Shown here one piece after another: positions 25,527-36,016 of a DNA stretch of 61,106 nucleotides. Position numbers and translations under genes: made by a program. The notes under the pieces were generated by a model. That model saw only the letters and a list, made by a program, of their open reading frames with translations. It had not been told where the DNA came from and searched no databases. Source of the stretch: a virus (lineage: Duplodnaviria > Caudoviricetes); the IMG/VR virus record IMGVR_UViG_3300037483_001204, positions 1 through 61,106 of that record. One strand, 5' to 3'. The stretch's first letter is position 1; the number at the start of each line of letters is the position of its first letter.

Positions 25527-28500
25527 CTAGACCCGGAGCACCCCGAAGCCCTCGGAGACCGACCCGGTCTGCTGGGCTATGAGAATAGTCGTGTGTCCCG
25601 TCCCGGGACCCGTCTGCGTGTGCCGGAAGTTGATCGTGTCCCCGGCGGTAACCCCCGCCAGCGTCCCGGTCGTCCCGCTCGTCGCGATGACCGTGGAGTA
25701 GCCTCCCCCGGCCGTAGCGTTCTCCGCCTCGACGACCCCGGACGAGAGGACGCTCGACCCGATCGTGAAGACGTAGGTGTCCGAGGCGTCCGCGACGAAG
25801 GTCGCGACGTCGCTGTCGTCGAGGACCCCGTGCTCGTCGAGCCCCGAGAGGTCCGAGGAGTCGACGCTCCCCTCCCAGGTATCGTGGAGGAGGTCGTTGA
25901 TCGTGATGTCGGACCCGCCCTCCGGGTCCTCGACCGTGTGCTCTAGGATCGTCTCGACCCTAAGCTCCGACGGGACGACCCCGCCGTTCGCCGCGAGGAT
26001 CTCCGTGCGACTCACGAGGATCGGGAAGGGCGACGTCGGGACCGCGTCGACCATCGCCGTCGTAAGGAGGAGGGTCGGGCTCGTCGACGGGTCCTTCGTG
26101 ACCCGGACCTGGATGTTCGTGTCGTAGGGGTCGCCCGAGGCGAGCCCCACGGAGAGCGCGAGGACCTGGTCGTAGACGTCCCGGTCCCGAAGAGTCGCCG
26201 AGACGTTCACCCCAACCTCGTCTAGCCCAGAGCCCCCCGTCGGGTCGTCGAGCGAGACCGTCCCGGACGGGTAGACGGAGCCGTTCAGGCTAAGGGCCGT
26301 CGTCGGGTACGGTGCCCGGCCCCGGTCCGCGAGCGTAAGGGCGACGGTGTTCGCCGACCCCTCGGCGAGGGTCCCGTACGTCGAGGCGGGGCGGAGCTGG
26401 ACGTGAACGTTGTGCGTCCGAGGGTAGACCCGCTCGCCGGGGGTCGCCCGGAGGACGAAGACCTTCGCGCCGGAGGAGTGGGCCGAGGGGACGGTGTCGA
26501 GGAAGCCCCGGTACACCGTCTTCAGCAGGACGTACGTCGTGTTGTCCTCGACCTCCGTGACCGCGAGGATCTCGTCGTCGATGAGGACGAGGTTGTAGAG
26601 GCTCCGCCCCAGCTCCGGCGTCGTCGCGAGCGTCACGTCGAAGAACGAGAGGAACTCCTCGACCGTGCTGTCCCCGGGGTCGACCCGGATATCCTCGGAG
26701 GGCGTAGCCGTCGGGTTCGACGTCCCCTGCGAGAGGGCCGAGTTCAGCTGGCCGATCGCGGTCGTCTCGGCCTCGACGTCGACCGAGTAGGATCCGGAGG
26801 GAGTCGTCGCGGAGTGGCGGGTGTAGACCGGAAACGAGGAGGCTCCGTCGTCCTGGTCCCGACACCCGACGAGGAGCCGGTCGAGGCTCTCCGGCGCCTC
26901 GGAGCGGACCGCGAGGGCCCTCGGAAGCTCCATGACGATGTCCTCGTCCGTCGGGATCGCCCCCGGGACCACGACCGGCGTCTCCCACCCCGTGTCCGGC
27001 GGATCGTCGACCGCCGCGGCCTCGTAGCCGAAGACGTCCTCGACCACGTCGAGCCGGATCTCGGCCTTGTCGACCTCCCCGAGACGGACCTCCGTGACCC
27101 GAAGCGGGAGGTCGGTCACCGTCGTCCCGTCCGGAAAGACCCAGGAGAATCGGCAGGCGTCCCCCCTCCTCCAGTCCCAGGCCGTCCGGTCGACGATGAG
27201 CGACCCGATCCGGAGGGGTCGGTTCACCGCCCGGAGGTCCCGGTGCGCGATGTCCGAGGCCTGCGCGGCGACCCGGACGCCCGGGTACCGGCGCTCGACC
27301 GTCTCGAAGCGCCCCTGGAGGTTGTAGTTCGCGAGGTCCGGCGCGTTCGTCGAGGTCGCCTTCCAGTTGCGGGCCGTCTCGTCGTAGACCTCGAACCGAA
27401 CGACGCACTGGTTCTTCACGTCCTCGAAGAGGGGCTTCCGCCACTCCTCTACCCGGAGGACGTTCGTCTCGTCGAGGAGGGGGAGGCTCGGGATCGAGTA
27501 GCCCCCGCGGATCAGCGTAGCCTCCCAGCGGGACGTAGCCGGGTTATAGTCGACGACCCCGTCGATCTGCCTCTCTAGCGCCCGCCAGGCCTCCTCTAGG
27601 TTCGTCTCCGAGTCGATCTTCCCGTTGTAGCCGTTCCCCTCGCCTAGGAGGGTCGTCCCCGCCGCGACGAAGCTCGCGACGTCGATCGAGGCCGACGGGT
27701 CCCCGACCCCGATCTCCCCGTCCGTGATCCACTCGTAGAAGACCTCCATGGGGTTCGCCCCGATGGGCCCGTTAGCCGTGGAGGGGACCTTATGGCCGGT
27801 GGAGGGAATCGAGAGGTTATTCGGCCACCGGGCGACCTCGAAGCTCCACGGCTTCGGCTGCGGGGAGGTCCCGTAGAAGCCGTACCGGTAGAACCGGCTC
27901 CGGCTCGCCGTCCGGCGCCAAATACCGATCTCGTGGTCGACTCCGTTGATGTCCGTGTACGGCTCCGTCTCCCCGTTCGGGGGGAGGCCCCGCTTCCCGG
28001 CGCTCGGTCCTCGCCAGACGACGTAGGCGTTCCCCCGGTAGGCGGGGGTGGAGTCGGTTCCGCCCTGCTGCGTAAGGAGGTAGGCGTCGACGGCCTGGTT
28101 CCGAGCCCCGCCGTAGAAGTCGAGGTACCCGACGACCCCCCCGCCCTCTCCCGGGCCGCAGCCCCCGAAGAGGAACGGCTCGAAGACCTCGACCGTCGTC
28201 TTCGAGGCCCCCGAGCTTACGGCCCCCGCGTCCCAGGCGATCTGGTCCCCGACCCAGAACTTCCGAAGCTCGTCGACCTCCCCCCGGCACAGCGCCATCT
28301 GCATTCCGACCGCGTACATTTGGTTCACGCGAACGTCCGCGGCGAGGGCCTTGTGCTCCCACACCTCGTCGAGTCGGAGGTCCCCCCACCAAACGACGTT
28401 CGGGGACGAGAGCTTCACCGTCCCCGCGACCCAGGGGACCTTCCGGTCCTCCGTCGCCGTCGGGAAGTTAAGCTCGTCCACCCCCGGAGGCCTTACCTCC

Positions 28501-28568
28501 TCGGTCCTCGGGCGCGTCGCTCGCGAGACGAGGAGGGACCCCACGAAGAGGGCGAACTGCGCCCACAT
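25527..28568 (-). CDS. tail tip/central fibre (GTA/YuA-type, J-like)
   Basis: FPTATEDRKVPWVAGT..L..PNVVWWGD, PAYRG, ANP..., RGFLDT; 1013 aa. Confidence 0.85.
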   Translation of the reverse strand: MWAQFALFVGSLLVSRATRPRTEEVRPPGVDELNFPTATEDRKVPWVAGTVKLSSPNVVWWGDLRLDEVWEHKALAADVRVNQMYAVGMQMALCRGEVDELRKFWVGDQIAWDAGAVSSGASKTTVEVFEPFLFGGCGPGEGGGVVGYLDFYGGARNQAVDAYLLTQQGGTDSTPAYRGNAYVVWRGPSAGKRGLPPNGETEPYTDINGVDHEIGIWRRTASRSRFYRYGFYGTSPQPKPWSFEVARWPNNLSIPSTGHKVPSTANGPIGANPMEVFYEWITDGEIGVGDPSASIDVASFVAAGTTLLGEGNGYNGKIDSETNLEEAWRALERQIDGVVDYNPATSRWEATLIRGGYSIPSLPLLDETNVLRVEEWRKPLFEDVKNQCVVRFEVYDETARNWKATSTNAPDLANYNLQGRFETVERRYPGVRVAAQASDIAHRDLRAVNRPLRIGSLIVDRTAWDWRRGDACRFSWVFPDGTTVTDLPLRVTEVRLGEVDKAEIRLDVVEDVFGYEAAAVDDPPDTGWETPVVVPGAIPTDEDIVMELPRALAVRSEAPESLDRLLVGCRDQDDGASSFPVYTRHSATTPSGSYSVDVEAETTAIGQLNSALSQGTSNPTATPSEDIRVDPGDSTVEEFLSFFDVTLATTPELGRSLYNLVLIDDEILAVTEVEDNTTYVLLKTVYRGFLDTVPSAHSSGAKVFVLRATPGERVYPRTHNVHVQLRPASTYGTLAEGSANTVALTLADRGRAPYPTTALSLNGSVYPSGTVSLDDPTGGSGLDEVGVNVSATLRDRDVYDQVLALSVGLASGDPYDTNIQVRVTKDPSTSPTLLLTTAMVDAVPTSPFPILVSRTEILAANGGVVPSELRVETILEHTVEDPEGGSDITINDLLHDTWEGSVDSSDLSGLDEHGVLDDSDVATFVADASDTYVFTIGSSVLSSGVVEAENATAGGGYSTVIATSGTTGTLAGVTAGDTINFRHTQTGPGTGHTTILIAQQTGSVSEGFGVLRV

Positions 28569-29389
28569 CAGCGCACCCCCGTCTCGAAGGGGTTCTTCGG
28601 GGAGATATGCGGCCAGTTTCCGTAGTTTAGGACGTGGCCCTGAATCCGCTTACAGTCCGCGAGGGTCCGCCGGCAGCCCGTCGTGACCTCGACGGACTCC
28701 CCCGTCGGGTTCACGTCGAACGGGAACATCAGCGTGAGCGAGTCCGTCGCCGCGTGGAGGCGAACCGTCCGGCGTTCCCCGGTCGAGACGACGACGACCT
28801 CCCCCGGCTGCGCCCAGCCGACTCCCTTCAAGGCGTCCAGGCCCGTGACGACGACGATGTCCCCGGAGACCGAGGCGATCGTCCCCGTGAAGAGGTTCGC
28901 TCCGGTCCGGGAGGCCTGGCAGTTCAGGTCGAATAGTTGATTCTCGCACTGCGCCGAGTAGCTCGCCTTCGGGATACGCCGGAGGAACCGGCCCTCGTAC
29001 GGGAGACAGACGAACTTCGCCGCGAGACCCCGGTTCAGCAGGACGAGGTTCCGGACCATCCCGGAGAAGACGAACTTCGGATCGTTGAGGTCGCTCCGGT
29101 GGACCTTCTGGATCAGGACGAGGACCCGGCTCGTGGGGTTCTTCGAGTGAATCTCCCCGACGAGTTCGTGGCGCGCGAGCATCAGGACGTCGAGGGTCTT
29201 CGTCCGGGCCTCCGTCGAGGAGGCGGGCTCCGAGTGGGCGATCTGCCAGTTGTCGAAGACGAAGCCCCCCGCCGTGAGGTCGCTCTCCGTCGAGTTGAAG
29301 CGGTAGACGTCCGATCCGATCGTGAACGTGTAGAGGTGGGCGGGGCGCCCCCCCTGCTGGCTCTCCTCGTACGTCGCAAACCCGCTCAC
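28568..29389 (-). CDS. baseplate hub protein (DUF2163/BR0599-like)
   Basis: YSAQC...LFD..C ... GC.RT..DC......NYG.WP.I...NPF. Confidence 0.8.
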   Translation of the reverse strand: MSGFATYEESQQGGRPAHLYTFTIGSDVYRFNSTESDLTAGGFVFDNWQIAHSEPASSTEARTKTLDVLMLARHELVGEIHSKNPTSRVLVLIQKVHRSDLNDPKFVFSGMVRNLVLLNRGLAAKFVCLPYEGRFLRRIPKASYSAQCENQLFDLNCQASRTGANLFTGTIASVSGDIVVVTGLDALKGVGWAQPGEVVVVSTGERRTVRLHAATDSLTLMFPFDVNPTGESVEVTTGCRRTLADCKRIQGHVLNYGNWPHISPKNPFETGVR

Positions 29390-31104
29390 TCGACCACCGT
29401 CCTAACCGGGGCCGGGATCGTCGCCCGGCCCGGGATCCCGTGCTGAATCTCAATCCGGTTCGACCCGAGCCGGACCTCCTCCAGGAACTCGACCCGGGCG
29501 ATATCCTCCACCGCGACGTTCTCGCCCCAGTTCGAGTCTACCGTAAGTTGCTCGATCGTCGAAGAGACGACCGACGAGTTCGTCACCCGCCGGACGATCG
29601 TCGTCCCGTCGCTCTTCACGACCCGGATCCAGTCTGCGGGGTGCCTCTGGGCCACGTAGTCCGTGTACCCCGTGTTCGCGACGTCCATCGTCGCCGCTCC
29701 GCTCGCGAGGTCGTCGACCGGCGTGAGGTCCTCGTCGAACGTCGGGAGGTAGAAGGTCCCCTGCTCCCCGCGGAGAGCGTAGAGGAGGCCCCGTACCCGA
29801 CGGGTCTCCGCGGGACTCTTTGTGACCCACCGCTTCCAGGACGACCGGAACGAAAACGCCTGGGAGGAGGCCTGGTAGACCCGGCCGAGGCCGTTGTCGA
29901 TCACGGTCACGAGACGGTCGAAGCTCTCCGGAACCGAGCCCCGGACGAAGTTGTAGTCGTCGACGAGGGGCCGCCCGTCGACCGTCGACCACCAGTTCGT
30001 AAGGGCGAGGTCGGCCTCGTTGTCGGCCACGACGAACGAGAGGGAGTAGTCCGCGAGCCCCCGGTTCCGGCGCCACGAGTTCTCGACGAGGTTCGCCGTT
30101 CGCAGCGGCATCACCCGCGTCCCCACGGCCCAGGAGCCGACGAGGCCCGAGTTGATCTGGAGCGAGGTCGGCCGAACCTCGTCGACCAGCACCGTCTCGT
30201 ACGTCGTCTCGCTCGTCCAGAGGATCGCCGAGCCCCCCGCGCGGAAGTCCGAGTTGATCGTCTCCTCGACGAGGAGAGCCGTGTCGCTCGGAGCTGCAGC
30301 GACCCGGAGCCGGACGCTCTCCGTCGGGACCATCAGCCCCCAAGCGAGGGTCTGCCGGTCGAAGAGGAGCCGGTCGAGCCGCTGCTTCTCGGTCCCGATA
30401 GCCCGAAGGACCCGGAGGTGGAAGAACTGCCGGGGGAAGTCCCGGTAGGCGATCCGCTGCTCCGAGCCGTCCTCGTGTTCAAGGACCTCCGTGTGCCACT
30501 CTAGGAACTCCCGGATCCCGTGCTCGGGCATGAAGGGGAAGACGAGGACCCGCGTGAAGGAGATCGCCTGACGAAGCTCGGGCTGCCCCGTGAAGGTATA
30601 GTCCAGCGTCGAGTCCACCGTCCCCGGCCCCTCTAGCGTGATCCGATACGTGTAGAGGTCCCCGTGGAGGGGGGCGAACGTGTCCGGGAGCGACAGCGAG
30701 AGAAGCTCCGTGCCCGTCCCGGGGTTGTTCTGGAACCCGGTCCACGAGCGCGAGGCGTAGCGGTCCGCGTTGAAGAGGTCGACCTCGACGTCCGTCGTCG
30801 AGAGGAGGTTCCCGAGCGCGATCTTCCGGGGAAGGACGTGGAACTTCTCCCACCAATCGTCCCCGATCGCTCCGAGGACGACCCCGGGGGAGGCCTCGGA
30901 GACCGGAGTAGCCGCGACGGCCGTCGACGGTCCCGAGATACCGTCCCCGAGGGCGAGGACGAGCCCCCCCGGCTCCCAGCCCCCGCTCGCGACCCACTGG
31001 TCATCGTTCGCCGCGTAGGCGTTCGCGGACGTTCCCTGGAGGAGGAGGGGAGAGGTGATCTGGGCGGTGAGGTCCCCGTAGAGGACGCCCGGGTGCGCGG
31101 CCAT
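29386..31104 (-). CDS. distal tail/virion structural protein
   Basis: E.LEW.TEV....DGSEQRIA.R..PRQ; G....FYLPT; position in the tail module. Confidence 0.75.
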   Translation of the reverse strand: MAAHPGVLYGDLTAQITSPLLLQGTSANAYAANDDQWVASGGWEPGGLVLALGDGISGPSTAVAATPVSEASPGVVLGAIGDDWWEKFHVLPRKIALGNLLSTTDVEVDLFNADRYASRSWTGFQNNPGTGTELLSLSLPDTFAPLHGDLYTYRITLEGPGTVDSTLDYTFTGQPELRQAISFTRVLVFPFMPEHGIREFLEWHTEVLEHEDGSEQRIAYRDFPRQFFHLRVLRAIGTEKQRLDRLLFDRQTLAWGLMVPTESVRLRVAAAPSDTALLVEETINSDFRAGGSAILWTSETTYETVLVDEVRPTSLQINSGLVGSWAVGTRVMPLRTANLVENSWRRNRGLADYSLSFVVADNEADLALTNWWSTVDGRPLVDDYNFVRGSVPESFDRLVTVIDNGLGRVYQASSQAFSFRSSWKRWVTKSPAETRRVRGLLYALRGEQGTFYLPTFDEDLTPVDDLASGAATMDVANTGYTDYVAQRHPADWIRVVKSDGTTIVRRVTNSSVVSSTIEQLTVDSNWGENVAVEDIARVEFLEEVRLGSNRIEIQHGIPGRATIPAPVRTVVE

Positions 31105-31108
31105 CGGT

Positions 31109-32089
31109 CTACGTCTTCCGGTAGGCGATGCCCATATTCCAGCTCTCCTCGGAGTCTGACGTGAGGTACTGCTTCCGAGCCGCCGGGAAGATCATCCAGT
31201 CCTCGCTCCCGACCGTGATAACGTCTCCGGCCTGGAAGTTCTTCATGTTTAGGAGCCGGACGTCGGGCTGGACCCCGAGGTGGAACCACCGGGGCGTCCC
31301 CGGCGTCGTGTTCCGATAGAAGACGTGGTTCGGGACCATCGGGACGATCCCCGTGAGGTTCGACGGGGCGAAGGCCGCGAAGGTCGAGAGGTACGGCCCC
31401 GTCCTAGTCCCCCCGAACAGCGAGACCCGGCCGTTCGCCGCCGAGTCCGTCCCGGGCGAGGCGATGTTCCCGCAGACCCCCCACTTACACCCCGAGGGAG
31501 CGTCCTGGAGGCCCTCGACGTGGATCGTCGCCGCCCGCGAGGCATTCGACGCCGACGAGTCGAGGAGGATCGAGTGGGCCCCGAGGGGGGTGTCGATCGA
31601 GGAGGTCCCCTGGTCCCAGTAGCCTCCGTAGGCGTACTCCCCTCCCGTCCAGTCCGCCCCGCCCTTCACTAGCTCCCCGAACCCGAAGTGCCGGTAGAGC
31701 CCGGAGGCGTACTCGACGACGCAGTGGATATACCGCTCGGCGGAGGCGTCGATGTGGAAGAAGTGGTACGTCCGGGTGCCCGAGTCCCCGATCCCGTTCA
31801 CCCGCCGGTCGTTCGACGTGAGGCCCCCGTTACCGGAGTCGTCGGTGTTCCCCCCGGGCGCCGCGGAGGCGTACCCGAGGTGCTGGTGGATCCCGATGTC
31901 CGAGCCGTTCCACTCGAAGTCGACCCCGATCGTCCCCCCCGTCACGGACCCCGTGATCGAGAGGCTCATCTCGTCGTTCACCGTGTCGAGGTCGTCCTCG
32001 GCCCAAGGCGTCGAGAGGGCCTGGGCGTAGGCGGAGAGGGACGACATGAGGGAGTCCTGCGTCGTCCACGTAGAGGAGGAGTAGGCCAC
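31109..32089 (-). CDS. virion structural (tail) protein
   Basis: MAY..., YRHFGFG; follows the tape measure as in YuA-like phages. Confidence 0.7.
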   Translation of the reverse strand: MAYSSSTWTTQDSLMSSLSAYAQALSTPWAEDDLDTVNDEMSLSITGSVTGGTIGVDFEWNGSDIGIHQHLGYASAAPGGNTDDSGNGGLTSNDRRVNGIGDSGTRTYHFFHIDASAERYIHCVVEYASGLYRHFGFGELVKGGADWTGGEYAYGGYWDQGTSSIDTPLGAHSILLDSSASNASRAATIHVEGLQDAPSGCKWGVCGNIASPGTDSAANGRVSLFGGTRTGPYLSTFAAFAPSNLTGIVPMVPNHVFYRNTTPGTPRWFHLGVQPDVRLLNMKNFQAGDVITVGSEDWMIFPAARKQYLTSDSEESWNMGIAYRKT

Positions 32090-32093
32090 GCTC

Positions 32094-33182
32094 TCACGCC
32101 TCCTTCAGCGCGAAGTAGTTCCACTCGCCCGTCTTCGAGCCCCCGGGGAAGACGTGGTACGTGTCCCCCCCGACCGTGATCGTATCCTCGGCGGAGAGCC
32201 CCCCGTCCGTTTGCCCAGCCGACGCCGAGACCCAGAATACCCCGTCCAGCTCCCCCGCGAGGAGCGACTCGTTCGCGTCCGGCTTCACGACGACCGTCGC
32301 CGGGAAGAGCTTCACGAGGTCTCCGCCCGAGTCGTCCGTCTTATAGAGCTTCGCGGTCTGGGCCCCGGGGACGTTCTGCTGCGGGATCACCTCGTCGAAG
32401 TCGAACGTGTTATTGAACCACCGGTCGGCCTCGTCCGGGAGGGTCGTGGTGTTGATAATCGGGCGCCCCGCGGGCCAGCAGACGTCGGTGTGGATAGCCG
32501 TCCGGGTAGACCCCGCGACGTTCAGCGAGGCGTTCTGGATCGGGCGCCAGGAGCCCCCCGGGAGGCGAAGCATCATCGGCCCGTTCGCCGCGCCGGAGGC
32601 CGTAATTCTCTGGGGGTCGACGATCGAGGAGATCCCGTAGTGAGTCTGCCCCGCGGCGAAGTCGAACTGGCTCATCGAGCCCGCGACGAGGAGCGGATAG
32701 TTATACTCCCCGGAGGTCGCGTACGGGTTGATCCAGCCGAGGTAGAAGGAGTAGTAGGCCGTCCCGATCTTCAGCACCCCGTAGATCCTCCGGCTCGTCG
32801 CGCTCGCCCACCAGGTGATCGTCCCGGACGACCCCGGGAGGTAGCACCCGTACTGGAGGGCCGCCGAGGCCCCGTCGAAGCGCCCCGGGGAGATCCCCGG
32901 CTGCTCGTCCCACGCCCCCCCCGAGTCGTAGCCGGTGAGGCCCGCGAGTTCGAGGTTGTAGACGTCGGCCGAGGAGTCGTAGAAGGTCCGGATCCCCACG
33001 TAGATCGCGTCGGAGCCCCCGCCGCTCCCGTGTGCGATCCAGTCGTCGTTGTTCGCGTCGATCACTCCCGTCGCGTACCGGTCCCGGGTCCAGCCGTTCG
33101 CCTCCGCGAGCGTAAGGAGATCCGAGAGAAAGTCCTGCCAGTCCGTCGACGTCGTCCCCGAGGTCCCTCCCGTCCACGCCAT
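32094..33182 (-). CDS. virion structural (tail) protein
   Basis: YSFYLG.I.PYAT..EY.YPL.VAG, GELDGVFW...EDTI. Confidence 0.7.
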   Translation of the reverse strand: MAWTGGTSGTTSTDWQDFLSDLLTLAEANGWTRDRYATGVIDANNDDWIAHGSGGGSDAIYVGIRTFYDSSADVYNLELAGLTGYDSGGAWDEQPGISPGRFDGASAALQYGCYLPGSSGTITWWASATSRRIYGVLKIGTAYYSFYLGWINPYATSGEYNYPLLVAGSMSQFDFAAGQTHYGISSIVDPQRITASGAANGPMMLRLPGGSWRPIQNASLNVAGSTRTAIHTDVCWPAGRPIINTTTLPDEADRWFNNTFDFDEVIPQQNVPGAQTAKLYKTDDSGGDLVKLFPATVVVKPDANESLLAGELDGVFWVSASAGQTDGGLSAEDTITVGGDTYHVFPGGSKTGEWNYFALKEA

Positions 33183-33189
33183 AGCCGCC

Positions 33190-35196
33190 CTACCCCTCCA
33201 TCGAGAGGATCCCCCGGGCCGTCCGGGAGTTCCGCGAGAGAAGGTTCAAGAAGGCCTCGTCGTTGTCGCCCGAGTCGATCTCCCGGCGGGCCTCGCGGGG
33301 GTCCGTGAGGTTCACGACCTTCAGCGAGACGCGACCGCCCCCGAAGGCTTGGTCGTTCGGGACCACGGTGCCGGCGGTGTTCGGCCGGAATAGCTCCGGG
33401 CCGTTCTCCCCGACGATCGCCGTCTGCCCCGCGCGGAGGGGGCCGCCCCCCTGCCTCGTGACGGGCGCCCCCGGGAGCGAGACCGGGAGGCCGAGCCGCG
33501 AGAGCCCCTTCAGGAGGTAGAGCTGGAGGATCATGTCGGCGATCTGCTGCGTAACCCGCGAAATCCCAGCGCCGAGGTCCTGGAAGAGTTCCGTGAGGCC
33601 CCGGCCCGAGACGACCGCGTTCGTGAACTCGCTCGCGAGGACTCCGACCGACCCGACAGCGAGGTTGTCGACGATCTTCGCCGCCGACCCCACCTCCTCC
33701 TCTAGCTGGACGATCGCCCCCCCGAGGCGGGTATACTCCTCCGTCTGGTTCCGCAGCTCCTCGTTCTGGCGGATCAGCGTCTCGATCCGCTCCTGCTCTC
33801 CGGGGAGAAGCTCGATACCGGCCGCCCGGAGGCCGTCGATCGTCTCGAAGAGCCGGGACTGGACCGCGGCCTCCCCGCTCGTGAGGCCGAGGAGGTACCG
33901 CTCCCGGTCCAGCTGGACGTTTACCTCCGCGAGCGCCGCGGCCTGCTGCGCGTAGACGTTCCCGACGCCCCCGGGAGCCGCCTCGACCCCGAAGTCGACC
34001 TGGCCCGCGACGGGATCGCCCCCGCCCGCGAACCCGCTCCCGCCCCCGACCAGCTCGTTTAGGAGATCCGACCGAGTGGACTTAAACTTCGCGAGCGCCT
34101 CGATAACCTGGTCGAGGAACTCGCTCTGGGTCGTCTTCTGGATCACCCGCTCGACCGCGGCCTCGCCTCCGCCGAGGGACTTCACGAGCCCGACCCGGAA
34201 CGCCGTCCCGAGATCCTCCCCCTCCCGGAGGGCCTGGTAGCTCGGGCCGACCCCCGTGCGGAGGTACTCGAACGGCTGGAGGTACCCCGGGATCTTATTG
34301 GGGTCCTGACGGCTCTCCCGGACCGCCGCCTTCGCGTCCTTCTGCGAGTTCTTCAGCTGGAGGAAGGCGTCGATCGCCGTCGCCGTCGAGAGGACTAGCT
34401 CGTCGAGGGACTCCGCGATCGTCAGGATGAACTTCGCGAGCGACTGCGAGGCCTGCGTACCCCGGTCAAAGACCCCGAAGAGCTGGAGAAAGTTGTTCCG
34501 GAGGACCGTCGTGGCCTGCGAGACCGTCGGGATCGTCTTCGCGAACTTCTCGTCGAGGGAGTCGCCCGCCTCCTCGAAGGCCTCGATGATGTCCCGAGAC
34601 GTGATCAGCCCCTGCTCTCCGAGCTTCCGGAGCCCCGCGCGGTCCGTCTCGAAGTGGTCCGCGAGGACGTCCGCGACCGCCGGAAGCTGCTCCAGTACGG
34701 ACCGAAGCTCGTCGCCCCGGAGGGTGCCGGACGCGAGGCCCTGCGCGAACTGGATGAGACCGGCCTGGGCCTCCGTCCCGGACGCTCCGGAGATCACGAT
34801 GGCCTGCGAGACGGACTTCGTGAGGTCGAGGACCTGCTGGTGCGTGACGTTTAGGTTCTTCCCGGCGAGCGCGACCCGGTTGTAGAGTTCCGCGGTCGCC
34901 TCGTACGACTGCCGGGTCTCGTTCGCGGTCCGGAAGAGGGCCCCGTTCACCGCCTCCAGCTGCTCCGTCGACGTCGTGACGATCCGGAGCCGGTTCTGGA
35001 CGTTCTGGAGGGTGTCCGCGTACCGGATAAGCTGGGCGACCCCGAGGGAGAGCCCGGCGAAGGCGAAGGCCGCCCCGATCGAGCGCCGGACCCGATCCGC
35101 CGCGACGTCGACCGTCTTCAGCGCCCGCTTCGTCCGCCTCGTCCCGCGGACCGCGTGGGACGGGTCGATCCGGACGTTGATATTGAAGTCAGGCAC
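33190..35196 (-). CDS. tape measure protein
   Basis: QFAQGLASGTLRGDELRSVLEQ tape-measure motif; C-terminal IVGENGPELFRP. Confidence 0.9.
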   Translation of the reverse strand: MPDFNINVRIDPSHAVRGTRRTKRALKTVDVAADRVRRSIGAAFAFAGLSLGVAQLIRYADTLQNVQNRLRIVTTSTEQLEAVNGALFRTANETRQSYEATAELYNRVALAGKNLNVTHQQVLDLTKSVSQAIVISGASGTEAQAGLIQFAQGLASGTLRGDELRSVLEQLPAVADVLADHFETDRAGLRKLGEQGLITSRDIIEAFEEAGDSLDEKFAKTIPTVSQATTVLRNNFLQLFGVFDRGTQASQSLAKFILTIAESLDELVLSTATAIDAFLQLKNSQKDAKAAVRESRQDPNKIPGYLQPFEYLRTGVGPSYQALREGEDLGTAFRVGLVKSLGGGEAAVERVIQKTTQSEFLDQVIEALAKFKSTRSDLLNELVGGGSGFAGGGDPVAGQVDFGVEAAPGGVGNVYAQQAAALAEVNVQLDRERYLLGLTSGEAAVQSRLFETIDGLRAAGIELLPGEQERIETLIRQNEELRNQTEEYTRLGGAIVQLEEEVGSAAKIVDNLAVGSVGVLASEFTNAVVSGRGLTELFQDLGAGISRVTQQIADMILQLYLLKGLSRLGLPVSLPGAPVTRQGGGPLRAGQTAIVGENGPELFRPNTAGTVVPNDQAFGGGRVSLKVVNLTDPREARREIDSGDNDEAFLNLLSRNSRTARGILSMEG

Positions 35197-35530
35197 CGCC
35201 CCGCTCCCCTCTAAGCCACTCCTGATAGACCTCTTCGAGGCCCCTCATGATTAGCTCGAACGCCCGAACGTTATCCCCGCGGAGCCCCCTCCGTCTAGCG
35301 TACCGTCGAGGCTCGTCGTAGGGAATCTCTCCGACCCCTCCGAACCCGACCGGCCTCTTCGTCCCCAGGTCCCAGAAGCCCTCCAAATAGACCTCGTCGA
35401 AGGGTCCTATATCGGGCGCCCCCTCCCTAGCCCAGTCGGGGAGCGGGCGCCCCTTCGCGACGGCGGCCTCTATCGACCAGTGGGCCTTCGCCCACTCTAG
35501 CTCGAATATCAGCCGCCGGGCGAGTTTCCC
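35189..35530 (-). CDS. tail assembly chaperone T segment (expressed by -1 frameshift)
   Basis: The -1 frame is open from the slippery site (GKLARRLIFELEW...YLEGFWDLGTKRPVGFG.G.IPY) to the tape-measure start. Confidence 0.75.
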   Translation of the reverse strand, partial: GKLARRLIFELEWAKAHWSIEAAVAKGRPLPDWAREGAPDIGPFDEVYLEGFWDLGTKRPVGFGGVGEIPYDEPRRYARRRGLRGDNVRAFELIMRGLEEVYQEWLRGERGGA

Positions 35531-35997
35531 ACCTGGTCCTCGACGTCGACCGCCCCCGCGAAGTTGAAGGGGTTCTGGCAGAAGGCCCGGAGGTCGTCGA
35601 AGACCCAGTCCGGGAGCGCCTCGATGAATCCGACCGCGGCCTCCGCCGAGAACGGGACGTCGACGAGGTGGACCTTACCCGTCCCCTCGTCGACGACCCT
35701 CGCGGTAACGCCCCGCTCCCACCCCCGAACGATGTGGTGCGGGTAGAGCTTCCGGTCGTCGTCCCGGTCCGCCTTCACCATCGCCGGGGTCACCTTCCGG
35801 CGAGCGCGAGAGGCCTGGTTAGCCCGCTGACGGGAGAGGACCGCGTTGAAGTACGTCCGATTCGACTCCAGCGCCGGGCCGACGATGAGGCGCGGCGCCG
35901 GGTCGAGCTGGTCCATCACGTAGACGGCCGTCGCGGACGTCGCGACCTCCGCCGAGACGAGGTGCGAGAAGTCGTGCTGCTTCGGGGAGTCCGACAT
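35509..35997 (-). CDS. tail assembly chaperone G
   Basis: Between the major tail and tape-measure genes; ends QVGNSPGG* over G_GGA_AAC. Confidence 0.8.
   Translation of the reverse strand: MSDSPKQHDFSHLVSAEVATSATAVYVMDQLDPAPRLIVGPALESNRTYFNAVLSRQRANQASRARRKVTPAMVKADRDDDRKLYPHHIVRGWERGVTARVVDEGTGKVHLVDVPFSAEAAVGFIEALPDWVFDDLRAFCQNPFNFAGAVDVEDQVGNSPGG
35524..35530 (-). other. -1 ribosomal frameshift heptamer GGGAAAC
   Basis: X_XXY_YYZ in the correct frame. Confidence 0.8.
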
Positions 35998-36016
35998 CTC
36001 TGTGCTGCTCCTTTCC

